A DNA stretch of 64,000 bases from Parcubacteria group bacterium (GTDB lineage Bacteria; Patescibacteriota; Minisyncoccia; Moranbacterales; UBA11712), in contig JBAZXV010000001.1 of assembly GCA_041659685.1 (NCBI GenBank), positions 178,771 to 242,770 on the forward strand, read 5' to 3'. Below, in pieces: positions 56,102 through 63,840 of this stretch. How positions within the stretch are numbered: the stretch's first letter is position 1; each line of letters opens with the position of its first letter. Below the pieces are notes generated by a model. That model saw only the letters and a list, made by a program, of their open reading frames with translations, did not search any database and was not told the DNA's origin. A program made the position numbers and the translations under genes.

Positions 56102-56614
56102 TTATTGAATTTCAATATTGATGTTGCCGCCGCCGTTTTCCATGGTGACAGCTATGCCATACATCCCAAAGGCCAAGTCTGAGTTGGTTCCCCAGTATTT
56201 CATGACCTTTTCAGGCCAAAAGGAGAAGAGAAACATTCTCTCGACATCCAGAGCATCGTTGACATTCGCTCCCCGAGCAGATGCCACATAAACAAGAGAT
56301 GTTTTGATGAGGTCTTTAGCCGCCTTTTGATCCGGTGGCATCGAGGCAAAGAGGGACTTTATTTTCTTCCCCGTTTCATCCGCGGTCATAATGACCGTGA
56401 TCCTGCCGCCAATGGTCATTTTCTGAAAAGACCGCGATTCCGAATACCAGTGTCCGCTGGTGAATTCGAAACCCTGCTCTAAAAAGGATCCGGTCGCCAG
56501 AATCGCCGAATGGGTCAAGCTGCCGACTTTTTCTTCACTGGCATTGGAAATATTCGCCAGGCAGAAAGTCGCGATGAGGACCATAATAGAAATTAAAAGA
56601 GCCGATTTTTTCAT
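56102..56614 (-). CDS. secreted hypothetical protein (170 aa), GC-rich island
   Basis: Signal peptide MKKSALLISIMVLIATFCLANISNA. No motif recognised. Confidence 0.55.
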   Translation of the reverse strand: MKKSALLISIMVLIATFCLANISNASEEKVGSLTHSAILATGSFLEQGFEFTSGHWYSESRSFQKMTIGGRITVIMTADETGKKIKSLFASMPPDQKAAKDLIKTSLVYVASARGANVNDALDVERMFLFSFWPEKVMKYWGTNSDLAFGMYGIAVTMENGGGNINIEIQ

Positions 56615-56841
56615 GGTTTACCTCTTCATTTAGAATATTCGGGAAAGATAGGCTTATCTCCCGAAAGATGCGCTTAAGGAAGCGAATTTTTCGAAAGATT
56701 AACTTTGTCCTCCTTTGCAGAACGCTATAAACGTAAACCCGCGAGTAGATGATAATGTTCTGCTTCGGCAGATTTCGCTCCGCCGAAGAATTAGAGAATG
56801 ACTTAGGAGCCAGTTCGCGGAGCTTCATTTTTTAACTCAAT

Positions 56842-56870
56842 ATAATATCATTTCGCCGCAAATTTGTCAA
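56842..56870 (-). promoter_or_regulatory. candidate promoter for 56102/55631 operon
   Basis: On the minus strand, TTGACA (56870-56865), a 17-nt spacer and TATTAT (56847-56842). This implies a ~220-nt leader. A divergent TTGTCA-17-TATAAG lies on the plus strand (56864-56892). Confidence 0.4.
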
Positions 56871-56983
56871 GTATTATTTTAGCTTATATAAGGCATTATT
56901 TTCTAATTTAGCATATATTTAATAAATTATCTATAATCTATCTCATGGATTTGCTTTAAGCAATAGGATCTTTCTCCAAAAAC

Positions 56984-57011
56984 TTGCCATTCCTGGGCGT
57001 ATGGTTATAAT
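56984..57011 (+). promoter_or_regulatory. candidate proximal promoter for the L,D-transpeptidase gene
   Basis: TTGCCA (56984-56989), a 16-nt spacer and TATAAT (57006-57011). A GGAGG SD lies 8 nt before the ATG at 57043. Confidence 0.4.
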
Positions 57012-57042
57012 GGGATATTAAAAAACAAAAGGAGGGCGAGGG

Positions 57043-57510
57043 ATGAAAAAATTTCATCTTTTGGTTTTTTTTCTTGTTCTTTTCAGCGCTTCCGCTCTCC
57101 GCTCCGAAACATCGGAAGAATTTTGGAGAGGGAAAGTAATTTTCGTCAACCAGTTGACCCAGGAGCTGATTACCTATCAGGACGGCAAAGAATTGCGCCG
57201 ATTCGATGTGATTATGGGAGACGCAAAATTCAAGACTCCGCAAGGAATTTACCGCGTGCAACACAAGGACCGGAAATATTGGTCCAATCAATACAGCACC
57301 TGGATGCCCAATTCTCTTTTTTTCATCTGGGACGAAAAAACCCGGATGGCCATCCACGCCGGTATTGTTCCGCTGAACAAGGAAATTACCCGCCAAAAAG
57401 CCACCCATGGATGCGTGCACGCGAGAAACAATGATGCGGAGTGGCTGTTCGACTGGGCGGAAGAAAAAGCAACCAAAATCATAATCTACGGGGATCGTTC
57501 CCAAGACTGA
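57043..57510 (+). CDS. L,D-transpeptidase (YkuD domain), secreted
   Basis: Signal peptide. The YkuD catalytic region reads IHAGIVPLNKEITRQKATHGCVHARN (H ... HGC motif). Confidence 0.8.
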   Translation: MKKFHLLVFFLVLFSASALRSETSEEFWRGKVIFVNQLTQELITYQDGKELRRFDVIMGDAKFKTPQGIYRVQHKDRKYWSNQYSTWMPNSLFFIWDEKTRMAIHAGIVPLNKEITRQKATHGCVHARNNDAEWLFDWAEEKATKIIIYGDRSQD

Positions 57511-57547
57511 CAGTCCTGATGTTGCATCAGGACTGTTTCATTTTTTC
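57511..57547 (+). terminator. rho-independent terminator of the L,D-transpeptidase gene
   Basis: An 11-bp stem CAGTCCTGATG/CATCAGGACTG with loop TTG, followed by a T-rich run. Confidence 0.7.
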
Positions 57548-57565
57548 TCCTATTTTAATTTGTAT

Positions 57566-57695
57566 CAGTAAACTAGTTTACTGGTTTGAAAAACCTAGAC
57601 ATCCGATGTCTTTTGACTTATGAATATTTATTCAGAAACTTTTTATAAGAAATAATTATTTTCGGTATCCTCAAGCGTTTGGACATCCAATGTCC
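57566..57695. repeat. cluster of palindromes: an 18-bp perfect palindrome plus two related 15-bp inverted repeats
   Basis: CAGTAAACTAGTTTACTG (57566-57583), AGACATCCGATGTCT (57597-57611) and GGACATCCAATGTCC (57681-57695). Confidence 0.7.
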
Positions 57696-57721
57696 AAAAT
57701 AGACAATTTTTCCAAATTAAA

Positions 57722-57755
57722 GAGCCGTATCAGTACTGACACGGCTCAATTTTTT
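57722..57755. terminator. hairpin terminator downstream of 57819 gene (bidirectional-looking)
   Basis: GAGCCGT-N12-ACGGCTC with T-rich flanks on both strands. Confidence 0.55.
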
Positions 57756-57818
57756 CTTTGCCCCCTTTGTTACCTCCTTATGGGGGCGGTTATTTCGTGG
57801 CCGGGGTCCGGCCGGGGA

Positions 57819-58301
57819 TTACTTAACGTTCAGCGACGGTGGCCAGGGGTTGCCGTTGGGATCTAGTCCCCGGTCCTTGTCGGCATAGAGACCACCCTCC
57901 AGTTTGTAGACATATTGACCAGAGTTGACTGCGCCCAGGGATTCTACCGGAATCAACAGCCAGTATTTCCCGTGCTTAAACTGGATGCCGGTGTAAGAAC
58001 CCATATCAACCTTTTCGCCAGTCTTGACACTCCGGTTGGGCCCAAACAAGACCACCTCGGAGGGCTGCCAGCCTTGAGAATTCTTCACCGCGAAAGAAAT
58101 ACTGTTGCCTTCCTTGACGGCCGTAAATACGGTGCCCGCGGGCGGCAGAAACGTTTTGGACTTCGCGGTGTCAACCACGATTTTGACGTTACCTTGGGCC
58201 AAAGCCGTGGTCGTCATAAAGAACATGGAGGCGCAGAGCAGGACGCTCATGAAAACTCCGATACCCAAAATCTGCCACTCGGTTTTCCTTAATTTATTCA
58301 T
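57819..58301 (-). CDS. secreted hypothetical protein (160 aa), GC-rich island
   Basis: ATG at 58301 follows a GAGAGGAG SD. Signal/TM segment WQILGIGVFMSVLLCASMFFMTTTALA. The track start at 58448 overlaps the upstream gene. Confidence 0.55.
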   Translation of the reverse strand: MNKLRKTEWQILGIGVFMSVLLCASMFFMTTTALAQGNVKIVVDTAKSKTFLPPAGTVFTAVKEGNSISFAVKNSQGWQPSEVVLFGPNRSVKTGEKVDMGSYTGIQFKHGKYWLLIPVESLGAVNSGQYVYKLEGGLYADKDRGLDPNGNPWPPSLNVK

Positions 58302-58395
58302 TACCGATCTCCTCTCAGTGTATTCCCCGCTAATGCAGGGAAGTTGTGTTCCGCGCCATTGGTTTTCACCTTTAGCGCGGAACGGGTTCATTGGG

Positions 58396-60963
58396 TCAGT
58401 CCTGATCAGGTCCCGCTTGTCTGACATCCTTTTTTTCAGGAACCGCAACAGGATTCTGTGGCTTTTCCAGAAACTGGGGCGGAGCGGACGACTCTGCCTT
58501 GGGTGTTTCCGGAGTTATTGGTTGTTCCGGCTTAACTTCTGCCGGAGTTTGAGGCGGCATAGCAGGCGGTTCCGCCGGCTTGGCCTCTGGTTTTTCCGGA
58601 ATTGATGGAATAATTATTTTTCCGTCCGGAACCTCAGGCAGAACAGGCTGTTCCACCTTGGGCGCATCCGGAACCGGCGTCGGAGCCTGGGCAGGTTGCT
58701 CAGGCTTGTCCGGAGTGATTGGTTGCTCCGGCTTGGTTTCTTGCGGAGCCGGGATTGGTAGCGCCGGAACCTTGATCGGCGTTTCCGGCTTGACTGCCGG
58801 ACACCGCTCCCTCAACTTCTTTTTACGTTTCGGCGGTTTTTTTACTTTTACCGGCGGAGCTTTTTCAACTGCGGGAGGACAGATAATTTTCGGCTCAGCC
58901 GGAATTATCGGTGCTGGAGGTAAAACCGCAGGAACAATCGGCTCAATTTCCGGCGTGTCCCAAGGAACTTCTTTGGTCCCGCATTCCACCATCGCGCCCT
59001 GGATGGTCCAAAATACGCGATAAAAATCGACAGAATCCAGATAGTAGTTTCTTTTCCCAAAATATCGGCCGTAGGAGAGGTATACTCCCCCAACTTCGAC
59101 CTGCACTTTGCCTCCGCCGCCCTTGGGGCCATGGCGGAAACGCAGAAAGGCCGGGCCCGCCGATATTTTGAACAGGTCATCGCACGGCGATTGATACAGG
59201 ACCGGCATAATACCGGCATGGAAAAACCCGTCCGTCTCCCAGAGCAGGAAGGCCTTCGCTCCCGGGAGCAGCTTGCCATATTTTCCGCTCTTCACCGGCT
59301 TCCACCAAAATTCCGTGGCGGCGTCAACCGTTGCATAGCGGCGGGACATCCGATAGTTAAAATCCCCTTTTTCCCAGCGTCGGCCCGCAAGAAGGCCAAT
59401 CGTCGTATCCGTCCCGCCCCAATCATGGCGGGTGATAATCTCCGGCCAAATGCCGAATGAACGGCTACAGCCTGATCCGGAGAATTCGGACGGGTGAACT
59501 TGATACTCATACCACCCGAACTTTGCCGCAGGTCCGACTCCCAAAAATACGTTGGGCGCCAATTCTGCTTCGAACGGCCGCAAAGCGATATTATGCCATG
59601 CAAACCGTCCCGAGAGATTCGGCTCACGGCTGATTCCACCTCCAATCGGTATTTCTACCCGTTTCGGATCGACCCACCAACGAATGCGCTGAGGAAGATC
59701 GATGTAGTCATTGAAGGTTTGACCTTGGCCTTTGACATCGGCAACAAACTGCCGATAGGGAATCTCACCGCCGATGTTGGCATTGTTTTCCCGGACATAC
59801 GACTGTCCATAACTTTTTTCGCTCTTCGCCGGGTTTGGATAGGCGCCGACTTTTTCATCTTTCCGGAAGGATTGCCAGAAAGCAAAATCCTTCTCGAAAA
59901 GCTCTACGCCATTTGTCTCGGTAGAGAGGCAAGGCGTGTTGTGATTGCGCAGAACGGTGGATGTAAATAATGCTGATCCAGCGCTCATTGCCATCCCAAT
60001 CGGCTCAGGACTGATTGTCAGCCCCCCATCATCGGCAAAGCGAACATAGCCACGGCGCCGGTCGGGTTTTTTGCAGGCCTCGACTAATTCGCCACGATCT
60101 GCCGCATAGCGGATCCCGTCCATCGGGACATAATACTTATTAAGGCCGGCAGCCCGAATAACTCCATCGAGCTGGCCTTTGTTGATGAGGCTCGTTCTCT
60201 GGAGACTATCAAGGCTCGTGCCATAGGTCTCGGCAACCAGAGCCATATACTCAGGATCTTTTTCTTCATACATTCCGCCCTGAAGTTTGGCATACTTGGT
60301 GCCTTCCAACCCCCAAACAACCAACTCACCACGTTTGTCTCCGCCAATGGCATTGTTGAAAAAACGGTCGCCACTGACAATTTTCCAATCGGAGGCAGAA
60401 CCAGTGAGTTCGGAGTTGAAATAGACTACGACCGGAAGCTTGCCATTCTTGTCGCTGCCGGACGGCAGAATAAAACCGTCCTCAATCCGACCAGAGCCGG
60501 AATTGACGGCCACCGCCTTCATGGTCTTTCCCTTAGCAAATTTAAGCGCAGGTGTGGGGATAAAACCTCTCACGGCAGTGACTTTTTTGGAGTCTTGCGG
60601 AGGTTTTTTGGTTGACCATGAATCACGAGGGGTGCAGAAGGGGGATTTCCATAATTTCCCATCTTCCCTATCCCCGTTCTCCGGGTTTTCCCACTTGTTG
60701 GGTTTGCGGGCCGTGTAAAACTGCCCGCTCTCCTGGTTCAGCCTTTCCTGGTAGATTTGGCCGTCACGAGAATTCTTCCACTCGCGGACCACACCGGGAT
60801 CGGCTTTTTCGGCGGAAGCGGCTTCTGAAACCTCTCCTCCGCTGCCGGAGCACTTATACCATCCCGGTTCGGAACCGGGAATTGGGTCTGCAGCTTTTGC
60901 TTGGCCGCTGGCAAAAACCAGCGAAAGGCCGAGCAGAGCAGCGATAAAAGACTTTCTGACCAT
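58396..60963 (-). CDS. large secreted protein (855 aa) with Pro-rich C-terminal tail, GC-rich island
   Basis: Signal peptide MVRKSFIAALLGLSLVFASGQAKA, a beta-strand-rich central region and a C-terminal ~170-aa Pro-rich region with KPEQPITP twice. Confidence 0.65.
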   Translation of the reverse strand: MVRKSFIAALLGLSLVFASGQAKAADPIPGSEPGWYKCSGSGGEVSEAASAEKADPGVVREWKNSRDGQIYQERLNQESGQFYTARKPNKWENPENGDREDGKLWKSPFCTPRDSWSTKKPPQDSKKVTAVRGFIPTPALKFAKGKTMKAVAVNSGSGRIEDGFILPSGSDKNGKLPVVVYFNSELTGSASDWKIVSGDRFFNNAIGGDKRGELVVWGLEGTKYAKLQGGMYEEKDPEYMALVAETYGTSLDSLQRTSLINKGQLDGVIRAAGLNKYYVPMDGIRYAADRGELVEACKKPDRRRGYVRFADDGGLTISPEPIGMAMSAGSALFTSTVLRNHNTPCLSTETNGVELFEKDFAFWQSFRKDEKVGAYPNPAKSEKSYGQSYVRENNANIGGEIPYRQFVADVKGQGQTFNDYIDLPQRIRWWVDPKRVEIPIGGGISREPNLSGRFAWHNIALRPFEAELAPNVFLGVGPAAKFGWYEYQVHPSEFSGSGCSRSFGIWPEIITRHDWGGTDTTIGLLAGRRWEKGDFNYRMSRRYATVDAATEFWWKPVKSGKYGKLLPGAKAFLLWETDGFFHAGIMPVLYQSPCDDLFKISAGPAFLRFRHGPKGGGGKVQVEVGGVYLSYGRYFGKRNYYLDSVDFYRVFWTIQGAMVECGTKEVPWDTPEIEPIVPAVLPPAPIIPAEPKIICPPAVEKAPPVKVKKPPKRKKKLRERCPAVKPETPIKVPALPIPAPQETKPEQPITPDKPEQPAQAPTPVPDAPKVEQPVLPEVPDGKIIIPSIPEKPEAKPAEPPAMPPQTPAEVKPEQPITPETPKAESSAPPQFLEKPQNPVAVPEKKDVRQAGPDQD

Positions 60964-61037
60964 GGTCTTACACTCCTTTGCCTCGCTTCCCTTTCGTTTC
61001 TTCCTAAGCCAGACTCGGCGCGAATTTTTTTCATTTA

Positions 61038-61102
61038 ACCCGGGGAACTTAACCCGGACATTAAACGAAGAAAATTCAGTTTTTATGACCCGGGGAACTT
61101 AA
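61038..61102. repeat. 15-nt direct repeat x2 upstream of the 855-aa gene
   Basis: ACCCGGGGAACTTAA at 61038-61052 and 61088-61102, 50 nt apart. Confidence 0.75.
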
Positions 61103-61330
61103 TCACCCAGAATGAAACACCATAAGAACTTTGCTTTTGTCTTGCTTTTGGAAAATCCGGAGGAGTCGCAAGAAATTTTTGTGGGACAGCCGCCAGGCGG
61201 CTGCCATATATTGACTTTATACTGACAAAGTTGTAAATGAGCTGGCCCTCGTTTTCAAGGGTTGAGTGTCCCAAAGCCGCGGCTTTGAAAAACTCAGCCT
61301 CCGAAAAGATGGTTTTCAAGCCATCACGTT

Positions 61331-61371
61331 AAAGGCAAAAGTGGAATTCGCAGCTAAACCGCAAATTCCAC
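61331..61371 (-). terminator. terminator of the Wzz-like gene
   Basis: 8-bp stem GTGGAATT/AATTCCAC (61341-61371) followed by TTTTGCCTTT on the minus strand. Confidence 0.55.
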
Positions 61372-61411
61372 CTGCCTTTCAGTGTGTTGCTCTTAAGGTT
61401 CAACTTGAAAT

Positions 61412-62146
61412 TTACGTTTCTTTGAAATTGACTATCTCTCCCGTTTCTACGTCGATAATGTTTCCGGAATCGTCTTTCGTTATCGTTCTTCCCCAAATGC
61501 CGTTTATATCTTTTCCGCTGCCCGCTAGTTTCCCCTGACTAACAAGGCCTGCATAAAATGAAATTGCAAATATAAGGAAAAGTCCCACAAGAAATGATGC
61601 GCCGACCGAAAACGCCAGCATTGCGGCTCCCGGATTATTCTTTATCACCGGCGCGTTAATCATCCGCACTTCAATTTTTTGGTTTTCGCTGATAAAAAGA
61701 TTATTATTGTCCGCCAAAACTCCGGCCACTGTTTTTGAGATATTTTCTGCGTTCGTTCGATCACTCGCCAAGACCCTGAGGTGACTCATCCCCAGCTCCA
61801 TATTAAGCGATGTCCGAACCGTTTTTGCCCAGGATTTCATCCTGCTCTCCCGATCAATGGGCAAAATTTTAGAAAGTTCCGGATAACCTTCCGCAGCCTT
61901 ATTAAGAAAAGTTTCCGTGTAGATGCTTTCCGAAAGAAGCTTCGAAAAATGTTCGGTCGACTTCGCCAGAGTATAGGAATCAACGAATCCTTCCTGGTTT
62001 TGAATGACCAGCACGTCCAAATTGGACTGATATTTGGGAGTAAAAAGCATCATCCCCCAAAAAGTCACGGCCGCAAAAAGAAGGCCTGCCAATATCATGA
62101 TTCCTGATTTTTGCCTTAAAATAGCGGCAATTTGAGAATAATTCAT
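61412..62146 (-). CDS. Wzz-like polysaccharide chain-length determinant (2-TM PCP)
   Basis: TM1 (IMILAGLLFAAVTFWGMMLF), a ~150-aa extracytoplasmic domain and TM2 (AMLAFSVGASFLVGLFLIFAISFYAGLV). Confidence 0.6.
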   Translation of the reverse strand: MNYSQIAAILRQKSGIMILAGLLFAAVTFWGMMLFTPKYQSNLDVLVIQNQEGFVDSYTLAKSTEHFSKLLSESIYTETFLNKAAEGYPELSKILPIDRESRMKSWAKTVRTSLNMELGMSHLRVLASDRTNAENISKTVAGVLADNNNLFISENQKIEVRMINAPVIKNNPGAAMLAFSVGASFLVGLFLIFAISFYAGLVSQGKLAGSGKDINGIWGRTITKDDSGNIIDVETGEIVNFKET

Positions 62147-62221
62147 GTTTATATAATTTAATTAATCAACCTGTTATTATACGCCTTTTTTATTATTTTG
62201 TCAATATGGACGTATGAATCG

Positions 62222-63628
62222 TTAAAAACTCAAGACTTTATCCCCTGTCAGCTTTTCATTCAATTCTCCTGTTGTCCCGTCGGTTTTTTGCATCTTAGCC
62301 GTGAAATCAATCTCTCCGGATCCGGACTGCTTCTGAACCAGCAGACTGTATGCCTTATTTTTCAGATCGGCCGGCAGGTTATACTCCAAAGTTACTGATT
62401 CCGTCTTCCCAATTTGAACATTTACGGGAAATCCAAAAACCTTTTTCCCCAGCTCATCGCTAAACCTCATTTCTTGCCCGGGAATACTCGACGTTTCAAG
62501 CCATGATCCTGCCGGAACGTAAACTCTCGCCCAATCATTGTAATTGGTGGTCATCCAGTCCTTGGCGCGGCAAGTGTGTTCATAAGTCAAAGTTAATTTT
62601 GCCTTCGGGTTTTCACCATTCATGTCAACGCTGTATTCAGCTTTTCTCTTGATACAGATATCGCTTTTCAGAGAATTAAGATTGGCGTCGACAACCATCA
62701 GATAGTCTCCGCTGTAATCCCGCACCTTTCCCGTCCAGTTCATATTTTCCGCCTCCGCCTCAAGGCTTTCGTCCTTAAAATACATCTGGATGTCTTTTTG
62801 CTTGAGGTGTTCTTCCATTTTTTTCCCGAGTTCCAACTGCTGGGAAAGCGTGAAATTATGGGCTTTTTCAATGAGAACCTCGGCCATTTCTTTCATGACG
62901 CTTTTTCTCTCTCCTTTGTCGATTCCCTGATCGCGATAGCCTTTTTCCACCTGGTATTCGAGCTGGAGAATGGCCGTTTCGTCGTTGTACTCCCCCGGAT
63001 AATCGTTGATTTTGACCGGCCCGGTTATCGAAAGGAAAGAATTAAGCACATTTGTGTTAACGGCAACGACCCCGTCAAAATTTTCTCCGCCCTGCCCGAG
63101 TTTATAGAAATATTCCGCTTTTTCGGCATTGGTCTTGAAATCAGGCGACCAGTTTGAATCGCGCAATTTCCAGGATTTAATATAGAGCATTTCCCCCATC
63201 GGATAAGGAGGGGTTTCCGTTTCAGGAATCCGCCCGTCGAAATTTCCCGTGTCGTGGATTTGAATATCGCTCACTTTTCCGTTTTTCGTCTTAAGAATTC
63301 CGAAAGACCCGATAAATCCGCCTCCGGGACGAAGTTCCATGTCATTTTGGAAAAGGATGAGAAAAGTTTGCTCGCGATTGAATCCGCCGGCTTTTTGATA
63401 TATGTCCGTCAAAACCTGAAGTTCGTTTCTGCGCTCGGATCCCACCGGCAAAATTTTCGCCAGCGGTTTTAGGTTTTCAATATTCCGGTTTTTCACCTGG
63501 AGAAACACATACCATCCGAAAAGCAGAACGACCGAAGCCAGCCAAAAAATCAGCCAAAACTTCCACGTGTTCTTCTTAATTTTCTTTTTTCCTTCTTTTT
63601 CAGGCAAAATTTCAGCCTTTTTTTCCAT
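62222..63628 (-). CDS. DUF4012 domain protein (membrane-anchored)
   Basis: N-terminal TM helix and an ELRPGGGFIGSFG motif, which I recall as the DUF4012 signature. It is adjacent to the Wzz-like gene. Confidence 0.65.
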   Translation of the reverse strand: MEKKAEILPEKEGKKKIKKNTWKFWLIFWLASVVLLFGWYVFLQVKNRNIENLKPLAKILPVGSERRNELQVLTDIYQKAGGFNREQTFLILFQNDMELRPGGGFIGSFGILKTKNGKVSDIQIHDTGNFDGRIPETETPPYPMGEMLYIKSWKLRDSNWSPDFKTNAEKAEYFYKLGQGGENFDGVVAVNTNVLNSFLSITGPVKINDYPGEYNDETAILQLEYQVEKGYRDQGIDKGERKSVMKEMAEVLIEKAHNFTLSQQLELGKKMEEHLKQKDIQMYFKDESLEAEAENMNWTGKVRDYSGDYLMVVDANLNSLKSDICIKRKAEYSVDMNGENPKAKLTLTYEHTCRAKDWMTTNYNDWARVYVPAGSWLETSSIPGQEMRFSDELGKKVFGFPVNVQIGKTESVTLEYNLPADLKNKAYSLLVQKQSGSGEIDFTAKMQKTDGTTGELNEKLTGDKVLSF

Positions 63629-63732
63629 AAATTTGCTTTAAATAAAGTAAAATTATTATCTGCATATTAATACGTACTGACCCCTTATTTTAACTTTATA
63701 AACTAGCAAAAAAAGCATCTTTTGTCAATGGC

Positions 63733-63760
63733 AACCCAGCCGGGCTGGTTTTTTTGTTTT
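63733..63760 (+). terminator. orphan plus-strand terminator-like hairpin
   Basis: CCAGC-CGG-GCTGG followed by TTTTTTTGTTTTTTT, with no annotated plus-strand gene upstream. Confidence 0.4.
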
Positions 63761-63778
63761 TTTCACATAAGTTAAGAT

Positions 63779-63840
63779 AAAGCTCCCTGAGCTTACCTGC
63801 CTCGCCGGCAGGCAGGCGCTCGCGGTTTTCTGCGAAGGGG
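63779..63840 (+). repeat. GC-rich two-hairpin intergenic repeat, copy 2
   Basis: AAAGCTCCCTGAGCTTACCTGCCTCGCCGGCAGGCAGGCGCTCGCGGTTTTCTGCGAAGGGG aligns with the reverse complement of 8701-8760. Confidence 0.6.

Noticed and set aside
55544-56182. 212-aa plus-strand ORF, and similar ORFs at 58105-58605, 58580-59023, 59131-59460, 59494-59970, 60440-60718 and 60612-60947.
   Set aside because: They are antisense to signal-peptide-bearing minus-strand genes in a high-GC segment, where stop codons are rare. They have Arg/Gly/Pro-rich junk composition.
56535-56828. 97-aa minus-strand ORF upstream of and overlapping 56102-56614.
   Set aside because: It has a different frame overlapping the real start, no SD and an implausible sequence. 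The region is better explained as a 5' leader.
61083-61319. 78-aa minus-strand ORF in the spacer upstream of the 855-aa gene.
   Set aside because: It has no SD, spans a strong hairpin (61187-61203) and the direct repeats, and has non-protein-like composition.
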